DNA of 64,000 nucleotides from Gemmatimonadota bacterium (GTDB lineage Bacteria; Gemmatimonadota; Gemmatimonadetes; Gemmatimonadales; GWC2-71-9): NCBI GenBank assembly GCA_039588295.1, contig JBDHAB010000009.1, positions 22,603 to 86,602 of the forward strand, read 5' to 3'. Shown piece by piece: positions 56,010 to 64,000 of this stretch (position 1 is its first letter; each line of letters starts with the position of its first letter). The notes under the pieces were generated by a model. It saw only the letters and a program-made list of their open reading frames with translations, ran no database searches and was not told where the DNA came from. The position numbers and the translations under genes were made by a program.

Positions 56010-56765
56010 CTACCCGCTGGGGCAGGTCACCTCGCGAATCTCTAGATCCAGCTGACACAGCTCACCGTTAATCGTGATATCCACCAGGTGGGTTCCGTTG
56101 AATACGACATCGACGATCCGTTCGCGCGTCCTCGGATCCTCGAGCCCGGACACGACTTGCACGGTGATCTCACGATGGATGGTGCCGGAAATCGGCCAGC
56201 CGCTATTGCGAGGCACCGGGACCACCACGTCGGTGACGGTGGTGCTCGAGCTCATGTCGTAGGTCCGGTCACCGAACTCGTCGGACTGGCGGACGCGGTT
56301 GACGTCTGAGCTGCCGGTACCGTTCCATGTGCGCTCGGTTTCCTCATCAAGGAGCCCGGAGACCGTCATATCACGATTCCGTGACACCGTCATGGACATC
56401 GTGCCTCGCTGCCCCGTGCGACTCCGAGAGCCTTCGAGCGCGACCACAATGTTCACTGATTCCGTGAGCAGCCGATGGAACGCATCCATCGGGTCCCCGA
56501 ATTCGTCAAAGAAGGTCACTTCTCGTGTGTAGCTGACGTTGCCGTCGAACGGTGGGGCGGCGAACGGACCTGCACCAAGTAGCGGATCGGCGAAGGTCGT
56601 CATCAACACGATGTCGTCGGCTGTCAGGTCGGCCACATAGGCCGCCACGTCCTGTGTGATCGTCGCCTCGTCCCCACCTGCCGGACTCGACGAGTCGCTA
56701 CAGGCGGCGAACAGGAACAGTCCGGAGAGTGCAGCGACGACCCCGCGTCCTCGAATGCTCAGCAT
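56010..56765 (-). CDS. Hypothetical beta-rich lipoprotein
   Basis: GAGG RBS, lipobox FAAC, and WNGTGS and WPISGT segments. Confidence 0.8.
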   Translation of the reverse strand: MLSIRGRGVVAALSGLFLFAACSDSSSPAGGDEATITQDVAAYVADLTADDIVLMTTFADPLLGAGPFAAPPFDGNVSYTREVTFFDEFGDPMDAFHRLLTESVNIVVALEGSRSRTGQRGTMSMTVSRNRDMTVSGLLDEETERTWNGTGSSDVNRVRQSDEFGDRTYDMSSSTTVTDVVVPVPRNSGWPISGTIHREITVQVVSGLEDPRTRERIVDVVFNGTHLVDITINGELCQLDLEIREVTCPSG

Positions 56766-57086
56766 GATTACCTACCTCGTTGGGTTCCGTGCCTTGGCGG
56801 GCCACACCCGCCGTTTCACAGTCCGACGACCCGGCCCGGCGGATGTTAAGTGCGGCCTCGACAAGGCTATGTGATCTGGATCACGCCACTTGTGCTGGGG
56901 TGTCGCGATCACCGACTCCGCAGACCGGCCTGTCCGAGAGACGGCCGGGGCCGGTTGCAGGTAACGAGGCGAAGTAGGGGCCCTCGGCATCATGCGTGGC
57001 GGGCAGCCTCGATCGGCGCTAGTCGTGCCGAGCGCACGCAGATGAAGGCGGAGGCCTTCAACAGGTGGCTCGCACGGTCGGTGGCG

Positions 57087-58271
57087 TTACAGTGGATATT
57101 TCCATCGGAGCGTGGTGAGAACCGGTAGATGATCGGAACCGACGTCGTCACCGACCTTGGAGTCGATCACCCTCCAGCTCTGATCGACTAAGATATGATC
57201 GATACGTACCCGAATCCACCCGCTGAGGCGAGTGCCCCCGAACCCCCGCCCGGCCACGGAGAACGCGTTCTGCCAGCTTGACCACGCCGCTCGATAGATC
57301 GGGCTTTCGGGCGGAGTGTTGAAATCCCCGACCACGATGTGGGGACGAGGGAACTCCTCCACCCATCGGCGTGCGCGGCGCAGCTCGATCTCGCGCAGGG
57401 ACGACTTCTCCTGGAGCTTGGGGATTCCCTCGTCCAGCTCTCCGGCCCGGATTCGCTCGAGTCCCGCCCGTGGCGTCTCTAGGTGCACGTTGGTGAAGGT
57501 GACCGGCTGGCCTCTCACGTCGAGGCGATAGGTCACGACCAACGCGGACCCGCCGGCCACCTGGAACGCATCCCGCTCCATCTGCTCCACTGTGGTAATT
57601 GGAAATCGGCTGATAAGACAGAGCCCATCGGTCACATCGGTATTCCAATCTCGCAACTGTTGGATCGCGTACTGCAGCGGTCCTCTGCACTCCTGGAACG
57701 CCGCGATGTCGGCTTCCCAATCGAGCATGAGTTCGGTAGTGGCCCTCGAAACCCCTAGGCCGCCTCGGGCATTGAAGCTCACCACTTTAATGTCGCGCTC
57801 GGAGTCTGGCGACGTCAGCAGCTTGCGCCAGCCGGTGCGGAATCCCATGACCGGGCCAAGCACGACCAGGAAGCTCAGGACGAGCGGAGCGAGAACTGGC
57901 CGGTCCCATCGCACGGCGAGGGGAATGAGGACGAGAAGCGGCAGCAGCAACAGCCACCTCGGCCCAAAGAGCAGGGTCGTTGCGAGCCACCACCGGTCAC
58001 TCAGCCACCAGAGGCACGCGGTCGAAACGAATGCCAGCGCGAGATAGCCGAGCACCGCCCACCATAGGACACGCTGCCGAACGTCCGGAGCCGCTGGCGC
58101 TCTGAGGTTGAGAAGCGCGGTGCGGCAGCGCCACAGCCGCGTCGGGTCCACCTTCGCGCGGCAGGTCGGGCATCGGGCCGCAGCCCAGAACCGACCGGGG
58201 GCCAACCGAACGCGATGGCGCTCGCCGGAGCACCGGACGATTACATCGCGAGGATGTTGTCTTGCGGCCAT
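57087..58271 (-). CDS. Endonuclease/exonuclease/phosphatase (EEP) family membrane protein
   Basis: SFN, FQE, NVHL, GDFN, IDHI and GSDH; three N-terminal TM helices. Start uncertain. Confidence 0.88.
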   Translation of the reverse strand: MAARQHPRDVIVRCSGERHRVRLAPGRFWAAARCPTCRAKVDPTRLWRCRTALLNLRAPAAPDVRQRVLWWAVLGYLALAFVSTACLWWLSDRWWLATTLLFGPRWLLLLPLLVLIPLAVRWDRPVLAPLVLSFLVVLGPVMGFRTGWRKLLTSPDSERDIKVVSFNARGGLGVSRATTELMLDWEADIAAFQECRGPLQYAIQQLRDWNTDVTDGLCLISRFPITTVEQMERDAFQVAGGSALVVTYRLDVRGQPVTFTNVHLETPRAGLERIRAGELDEGIPKLQEKSSLREIELRRARRWVEEFPRPHIVVGDFNTPPESPIYRAAWSSWQNAFSVAGRGFGGTRLSGWIRVRIDHILVDQSWRVIDSKVGDDVGSDHLPVLTTLRWKYPL

Positions 58272-58312
58272 CCGTTGATACCTCGTTCGTCCGAATACCC
58301 GGGCCGCGGGCG

Positions 58313-59272
58313 CTAACTGCCCCGTCCGGAATCGCGGAGGTCCATCAGTTCGGGTGGGTAGGGTTCCAGGTACGTTTGTTGGGCGAGGTAGGCCTCGCCG
58401 AATCGTGCGATCCAGGATTGGAGAATCGCCAACGGACCGGCAAGGGTGGCGCGTCCGCTGCGATATTCGTCGAGCATCTCGAGGAAATGGCGTTTCTCCC
58501 CCGCCGTGAGACCATCAGAAACGTATCCGAGCGCGTGCATCAGCACGTTGACATTCGACGTGTAGCGCGGCGGTTTCGCCAACGCGTGCCACAGGTGATC
58601 GGCGTAGGCGTCCAGCACCGGGCCAATCGGCCGCTTGGCCGGATTGGCCACGATGCGTCCCATCGCACGCATCTCGGTCTGATGGTACGCCATCAGCATG
58701 AACTTGTTCTCGGTGTGGAACGCCACGAGCGCGCGCATGGACGGCCTTTGTCGCAGCTCCCGGAACGCCGCGTGAGCGAACAGCTTCGTGAGAAAGTGGT
58801 GACGAAGACGGAAGTTGGTGAGACGGCCCTCGTCCTCGATCGCCGCATCGGGGAACCGCGCGAGCACCGCGCCGCCGAACAGGCCGGGGCCTTTGCCCGA
58901 GGGTTGTTGCTCCTTCCCCGCATACACCTTGGTGTCCTTGATCCCACAGGACGGCGACCGGCTCTTGAGAATGAAACCGTCCACGTCACCCAGGGATCCC
59001 AAAAACGTGTCGCTGAACTGCTGCATTGGGGCCGTCACGTCGCGGCCGGTAGACGGCTGGAGCAGCTGGAGACCGGCCTCGCGCCGCACCAAGCGAATGG
59101 GATCGCGGGGCACGCCAAGGCCGATCTCGACCTCAGGACACGTCGGTTTCAGCTCCACGAACGGCATCAGCGTGAGCACGAAGGGCGCACGGATCAGCTG
59201 CCCGTTGTACCGACAGGCGTCCAGCTCGAGGCACTTGCTCAGGACGAGGATGGGCTTCGGGCGTTGGCGCAT
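58313..59272 (-). CDS. ybgA: YbgA family (DUF523 + DUF1722) protein
   Basis: SKCL...RYNG, CPEVEIGLGVPR, LKSRSPSCG, EDEGRL, FH..NK..LMA and YL..Q.YL.PYP. Confidence 0.9.
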   Translation of the reverse strand: MRQRPKPILVLSKCLELDACRYNGQLIRAPFVLTLMPFVELKPTCPEVEIGLGVPRDPIRLVRREAGLQLLQPSTGRDVTAPMQQFSDTFLGSLGDVDGFILKSRSPSCGIKDTKVYAGKEQQPSGKGPGLFGGAVLARFPDAAIEDEGRLTNFRLRHHFLTKLFAHAAFRELRQRPSMRALVAFHTENKFMLMAYHQTEMRAMGRIVANPAKRPIGPVLDAYADHLWHALAKPPRYTSNVNVLMHALGYVSDGLTAGEKRHFLEMLDEYRSGRATLAGPLAILQSWIARFGEAYLAQQTYLEPYPPELMDLRDSGRGS

Positions 59273-59350
59273 CGCACGGGAATCCGAGAGTGAGGACTGA
59301 CGGTTAGGGCTAGAAGACCGACAAGATAGAAAGCGTGACCCGGTGTTGCG

Positions 59351-60850
59351 TCAGCGGCCTCCGTTCCGCGGCATAGGAGCTTCTTCCACACCGGCTGCCT
59401 CTCTGTTTGCAGCCTGCGTGGCGGCACGGGCAATGCCGCGAAGCATGCCGCGGAATACCATAGTATGCAGTGGGTAAAGACCATACCAATAGAGGAGTCC
59501 GAAGAGTCCGACAGGATCGAAGATCGCGGTTTGTCGAATGGTCGATTCCGTGTCGTGTCCGTCCACTTCGAACTGCAGCCATGCGCGGCCCGGAAGTCTC
59601 ATCTCGGCCGAGAGCCTGAGCAGCCGGTCCGGTTCCACGGCCTCCACCCGCCAGAAATCGACCGTGTCTCCCGGCTCCAGCTGCTCCGGGTCTCTCCGTC
59701 CGCGTCGCACGCCGACGCCCCCCACCAGGAGGTCGAGGAAGCCGCGAAGCCGCCACAGCGCGTCGCCAAAGTACCAGCCAACATGCCCCCCGATGCGCCG
59801 TATGGGCCTGAACGCCTGATGCGGCGCAGCAGGGACCCGGGCGACACGGGAGTCTACAATGCGCGAGCCGAACCGCGCGCCGCCCCACGGGCGCCGCTCT
59901 GCGCCGGAGGAAAGGGCGTCGGACCACCGGGTCACAGCCAGCGCCTGGTCTTCGTTCACGAGTGCTCGGGCGATGGAGTCGCGGACGCCGCGCGGCCGCA
60001 CGGGGAACGTGCGGATTGCTCGGTCGTCATGCACCACGGTCGGGTTGCGCAGACTGTCGACGAGTTCCCGGCCCACCCGGGCGTAAATCGGAGTCACCAG
60101 ACCCAGCCACAAGCTGGACAGCCTCGGCGTGAGCAGCGGCACGGGAATCATGATGCGGGTCAGGCCACGCTGGGCGGCATACTCCTGCATGATCCGGCCG
60201 TACGACACCTTGTCGGCGCCGCCAATTTCGAGCACTTCGCTTTGAGACATCTCGTGATCCAGCGCCGCCACGAGATACGCGATCACGTCTTCAATGGCGA
60301 TGGGCTGCGCGGGCACCCGGACCCAGCGGGGTGTCACCATGACTGGGAGCTTCTCGACCAGGGCGCGAATCATCTCGAAGGAGAGACTTCCCGATCCGAT
60401 GACGATCGAGGCACGGAATTCGAGGGTGCGCACGCGGGATTCCCGCAGGATACGCCCCACCTCGTGCCGGCTGGCGAGGTGCTTGGAGAGCCCCGCTCCT
60501 CGGCCGAGTCCCCCGAGGTAGACGATCTTCTGGACTCCAGCCCTGGCGGCGGCATCGGCGAACGTCTCCGCCGCACGGCGATCCTGGTCGGCAAAATCTC
60601 CGGACGCCGCCATGCTGTGAACGAGGTAGTACGCGGTGTGTACGTGCTCCAGCGCCGTGCGCAAGGTCGCGGCGTCCAGAACATCGCCGGCGACCACCTC
60701 AACCGACGGCGACGCCCGGGAGCGGAGAACCTGGGGGCGCCGAGCAAGGCACCGGACCCGGATGTTCCGTTCGCCGAGGGCGCGGAGCAGACGGCCGCCA
60801 ACGTAGCCGGTTGCCCCGGTCACCAACACCAGTTTGCCTCTATCCGCCAT
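59351..60850 (-). CDS. YbjT-like atypical SDR with DUF2867 C-terminal domain
   Basis: VTGATGYVGG, YYLVHSM, GSGSLSFE, DFWRVE and AEMRLPGRAWL. Confidence 0.88.
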   Translation of the reverse strand: MADRGKLVLVTGATGYVGGRLLRALGERNIRVRCLARRPQVLRSRASPSVEVVAGDVLDAATLRTALEHVHTAYYLVHSMAASGDFADQDRRAAETFADAAARAGVQKIVYLGGLGRGAGLSKHLASRHEVGRILRESRVRTLEFRASIVIGSGSLSFEMIRALVEKLPVMVTPRWVRVPAQPIAIEDVIAYLVAALDHEMSQSEVLEIGGADKVSYGRIMQEYAAQRGLTRIMIPVPLLTPRLSSLWLGLVTPIYARVGRELVDSLRNPTVVHDDRAIRTFPVRPRGVRDSIARALVNEDQALAVTRWSDALSSGAERRPWGGARFGSRIVDSRVARVPAAPHQAFRPIRRIGGHVGWYFGDALWRLRGFLDLLVGGVGVRRGRRDPEQLEPGDTVDFWRVEAVEPDRLLRLSAEMRLPGRAWLQFEVDGHDTESTIRQTAIFDPVGLFGLLYWYGLYPLHTMVFRGMLRGIARAATQAANREAAGVEEAPMPRNGGR

Positions 60851-60861
60851 GTCGTTTAGTT

Positions 60862-60876
60862 TATGTCCTGGACATA
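60862..60876. promoter_or_regulatory. 7-1-7 inverted repeat TATGTCC-T-GGACATA in the divergent promoter region
   Basis: Perfect arms within the AT-rich 107-bp gap between the SDR and photolyase genes. Confidence 0.45.
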
Positions 60877-60957
60877 TTATTAGCAACATTGACGTGGAGC
60901 CGCTGCGGTGCTGTGTGGGCTCGCTAACGTCCAATCCTTTGTCGTGGAACAGGTTAC

Positions 60958-62469
60958 ATGGGTTTCGCTCCGCCAGGTCGGGTGCGCAACATCAACGGGA
61001 AGTCGGTTTGCCCCGAGGGCGAGTACGTTCTGTACTGGATGACCGCCCAGCGACGGACCTCGTGGAACTTCGCCCTGGAGCACGCGGTCGCGTGGGCGAA
61101 GAAGCTGCGGAAGCCGCTCCTCGTGTTTGAGCCGCTTCGGGCTGGATACCGGTGGGCGAGTGTCAGGGTCCATCAGTTCGTCCTGGACGGGATGATGGAC
61201 AACGCTCGGAGGTTTGCGGACCGGGGAGTAGCGTACTTCCCCTACGTCGAGCCCCAAGCGGATGCCGGCAAGGGCCTGCTTGCGGCGCTCGCGGAGCGCG
61301 CTTGCGTGGTGGTGACAGACGAATCTCCGGCGTTCTTCCACCCGCGGATGCTCACAGCGGCAGGCGCGCAGGTCGCAACCCAAGTTGACGCGGTGGACTC
61401 CAACGGACTCCTGCCGCTCACGGCGTCGACCACCGTGTTCAAGACGGCGTTTCAGTTCAGACGGTTCGTGCACGCACAGCTGCCGGACCACCATCCGGTC
61501 TCTCCTGTGGCCAATCCTCTGCGCGGCACGCGCCTACCGCGCCTCCCCAAGCTGCCGGCCTCCGTGACCCGGCGGTGGAAACCCACTGATATTGCGCGTC
61601 TGCTGCGGAGCGCGGCCCCACTCGACCAGTTTCCGATCGATCAGAGCGTGAGCGCGGCGAGCGTCAGTGGGGGAAGCGCAGCCGCCTCGGAGAGGCTCAC
61701 TGCGTTCGTCTCGCACCGCCTCGCGGAGTACGCAGAGCTTCGTAACCATCCCGACAGCGACGCGGCCAGTGGGCTCTCACCGTACCTGCACTTCGGCCAC
61801 ATCTCCGCTCACGAAGCCGTGCACGCAGTGCTCCAGGCGGAGTCCTGGTCCCCGGACCGGGTGAACCCTGGGGCCCGTGGAAGACGCAGCGGCTGGTGGG
61901 GGATCAGCGAGAGTGCCGAATCGTTCCTCGATGAGCTCATCACGTGGCGTGAGCTCGGCTACAACATGTGCGCGCTCGAGCCCAAGTACGCCGAGTATGG
62001 CTCGCTGCCGGAATGGGCTCGTGCAACGCTGGAAGCTCACGCGGATGACGTGCGACCGTATGTGTACTCGCTGGAGGAGTTCGAGGAAGCGCGCACCCAT
62101 GACGCGTTGTGGAATGCGGCGCAGCGGCAGCTGCTGACGGAGGGCCGCATGCACAACTACCTGCGTATGCTGTGGGGCAAGAAGATCCTCGAGTGGTCGC
62201 CGTCTCCCGAACTCGCCCTGGAGATCATGATTGAACTCAACAATCGCTACGCGCTGGACGGGCGCGACCCGAACTCCTACAGTGGGATCTTCTGGGTGCT
62301 CGGGCGTTACGACCGACCGTGGGGTCCCGAGCGTCCCGTCCTCGGCAAAGTGCGGTACATGACCTCCGAGAATACGGCGCGGAAGCTCAGGGTGAAGGAG
62401 TACATCGAGCGCTACACCAGCCACCGTCCACCTTCCCGCGCAACTAATCGTCCTCCCCGCGCGTCTTAG
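60958..62469 (+). CDS. phr: Deoxyribodipyrimidine photolyase (class II-like)
   Basis: YVLYWM, SGLSPYLHFGHIS, GRMHNYLRMLWGKKILEW and DGRDPNSY. Confidence 0.9.
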   Translation: MGFAPPGRVRNINGKSVCPEGEYVLYWMTAQRRTSWNFALEHAVAWAKKLRKPLLVFEPLRAGYRWASVRVHQFVLDGMMDNARRFADRGVAYFPYVEPQADAGKGLLAALAERACVVVTDESPAFFHPRMLTAAGAQVATQVDAVDSNGLLPLTASTTVFKTAFQFRRFVHAQLPDHHPVSPVANPLRGTRLPRLPKLPASVTRRWKPTDIARLLRSAAPLDQFPIDQSVSAASVSGGSAAASERLTAFVSHRLAEYAELRNHPDSDAASGLSPYLHFGHISAHEAVHAVLQAESWSPDRVNPGARGRRSGWWGISESAESFLDELITWRELGYNMCALEPKYAEYGSLPEWARATLEAHADDVRPYVYSLEEFEEARTHDALWNAAQRQLLTEGRMHNYLRMLWGKKILEWSPSPELALEIMIELNNRYALDGRDPNSYSGIFWVLGRYDRPWGPERPVLGKVRYMTSENTARKLRVKEYIERYTSHRPPSRATNRPPRAS

Positions 62470-62561
62470 TGAAGGACGGACCCCAGGTTCGGTCAATTTG
62501 AATAGCTTTAGACCGACGCGGGTACCTCTAACGAACACCGGGAAGAAACGGGTGAGGCGAT

Positions 62562-63755
62562 ATGGCCACGCTCCGCAAGGTCTTCGGCATCTCGGCGGTC
62601 GTCGTCGTGGTGTTGGCTCTGGCTGGCGGGATCTACTGGCGGATCAGCGCATCGGACGGCTCCGAGGGCGAAGGTAACTCCCGCGCCGTCGTCCCCGAGG
62701 GTGGGGCGGACTCTGTCTCCTCGGCGCGCACGTTTTCCACAGACGTGCCAATTCCGGTGGAGGGTGCGACGGTGGTGCGGGACACCCTGGTGATCTCCGT
62801 GGCGGCCGCGGCACAGGCGGCGGCCGAGAAGCAGGCCCGGCTGCTCGCGCAGGTCGAGGGCCGCATCATGGGGGTACGGGTCCGTGAGAATGATCGGGTT
62901 GGTGCCGGGCAACTCCTGGTGGAAATCGATACGACGGAATACGCGCTGGCGGCCGCACGTGCGCAGGCGCAGCTCTCCATGGCGCAAGCCACATTTCGCG
63001 AGCTAACGCTGTTTGACGATCAGATCGAAGACCCTGATATACGCGCCGAACGCGCGCGAATCGCTCGGGCGAAGAGTGGACTGGAGGATGCGGAGTTGGC
63101 GCTGCGGGAGGCGCAACTCCGACTTGCTCGGACGCGTATCGTAGCACCGTTCGCCGGCAGGGCGGCGACGGTGAACATCTTCGTCGGGCAGCCGGTTCGC
63201 ATCGGCGACGATCTCCTCACGGTGGTCGACCTCAATCCCGTGAGGGTCGTGGTGCAGGTGCTGGAGAGCGAAGTTGGGCTGCTCCGGGCCGGCAGTGGTG
63301 CGACGGTATCGTTCGCGGCGTTCCCCGGCGAGGCGTTCGCCGGCAGGATCCAGACGATCAATCCCGTGGTGGAGCAGAACACGCGCACTGCCCGAGTGAC
63401 GGTACGGGTGCCCAACCCGCACGGGCGCATTCTACCGGGGATGTATGCCCGGGTCTCGCTCGAGGCCACCAAGCTTCCCAACCGTGTGCTGGTGCCGCGT
63501 ACCGCCATCCTCGAGCGTGACCGGCGTACCATGCTGTTCGTGTTCCAGGGCGAAGGTGATGTTGGGCTGGCGAAGTGGCGGTACGTGACGACCGGACTCG
63601 CAAACGATTCACTGGTGGAGATCGTCGTCGATCCGGAAACCGAGATGGTCGAGGCGGGCGAACGCGTGCTCACCGATGGCCACTACACGCTCATCCACGA
63701 TGCCCGGGTGCGGCTCGTTGAGAGCGTCCAGACGGAAGGTGGGAGGCCACAATGA
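62562..63755 (+). CDS. RND efflux periplasmic adaptor (membrane fusion protein)
   Basis: N-terminal TM, V.GRI..V.V.ENDRV..GQLL, IVAPFAG, I.P.V...TRT and LPGMY. Confidence 0.92.
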   Translation: MATLRKVFGISAVVVVVLALAGGIYWRISASDGSEGEGNSRAVVPEGGADSVSSARTFSTDVPIPVEGATVVRDTLVISVAAAAQAAAEKQARLLAQVEGRIMGVRVRENDRVGAGQLLVEIDTTEYALAAARAQAQLSMAQATFRELTLFDDQIEDPDIRAERARIARAKSGLEDAELALREAQLRLARTRIVAPFAGRAATVNIFVGQPVRIGDDLLTVVDLNPVRVVVQVLESEVGLLRAGSGATVSFAAFPGEAFAGRIQTINPVVEQNTRTARVTVRVPNPHGRILPGMYARVSLEATKLPNRVLVPRTAILERDRRTMLFVFQGEGDVGLAKWRYVTTGLANDSLVEIVVDPETEMVEAGERVLTDGHYTLIHDARVRLVESVQTEGGRPQ

Positions 63756-64000
63756 GATGCCTCGTGTGGCTGACGGCAGCGGTCGTGGCGCTGGCCCCTC
63801 CGCCGGTGTTCGCGCAGCAGCCGGCGGCGGTCTTGACACTCGACGAGGCACTGGACCTCGCGAGGGAGCGGAGTCCGGCGTACCGGCGCGCGCTCGCGCA
63901 GGCGAGTGCTTCGGGAGCGGATGTTCGCGCGGGGTTCGGAACGTTTCTCCCGTCGCTGTCTGCGAGCGTGTCCTGGAGCGGAAATTCCCGGACCATTCTG
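63752..64000 (+). CDS. TolC-family outer membrane efflux protein (5' part, runs off the window)
   Basis: ATGA overlap; MRCLVWLTAAVVALAPPPVFAQQPAAVLTLDEALDLARERSP...FLPSLSAS. Confidence 0.8.
   Translation, partial: MRCLVWLTAAVVALAPPPVFAQQPAAVLTLDEALDLARERSPAYRRALAQASASGADVRAGFGTFLPSLSASVSWSGNSRTIL

Overview
High-GC bacterial chromosomal DNA, probably Gemmatimonadota-like (inferred from the many lipoproteins, S9 peptidases and glycine-zipper secreted proteins; not verified). About 53 coding regions are supported. No rRNA, tRNA, CRISPR array, integrase or transposase was recognised. Main blocks: (1) 1-8.6 kb, mixed housekeeping and secreted genes (B12 radical SAM, TauE, DPP-IV). (2) 8.7-24 kb, a variant of the selenium-dependent molybdenum hydroxylase purine-catabolism cluster (deaminase, Se-XDH, shortened YgfK with a probable AUA start, SsnA, PLP enzyme, YgeY, YgeW-like carbamoyltransferase, ThrC-like PLP enzyme), facing a second three-subunit Mo-hydroxylase operon. 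(3) 24-28 kb, mltG and an uncharacterised operon of a polytopic membrane protein, a vWA lipoprotein and a small protein. (4) 31-35 kb, peroxiredoxin, rhodanese/persulfide dioxygenase and SQR. (5) 35-40 kb, S1/P1 nuclease, esterase and a Tat-exported alanine-racemase-like enzyme. (6) About 39.8-53.4 kb, an accessory island with decayed genes and two convergent operons, each built around a KAP P-loop NTPase: HhH protein + KAP NTPase + PGRP-type amidase on the plus strand, and KAP-receiver fusion + NPP1-like protein + M19 dipeptidase + multi-TM patatin/cPLA2 phospholipase on the minus strand. This island is the best candidate for an undescribed, probably anti-phage or conflict, system. (7) 53.7-64 kb, a site-2 protease-DUF4375 fusion, EEP hydrolase, ybgA/ybjT/photolyase cluster and the start of an RND efflux operon. 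All family calls come from motif recognition by eye; no database searches were run.
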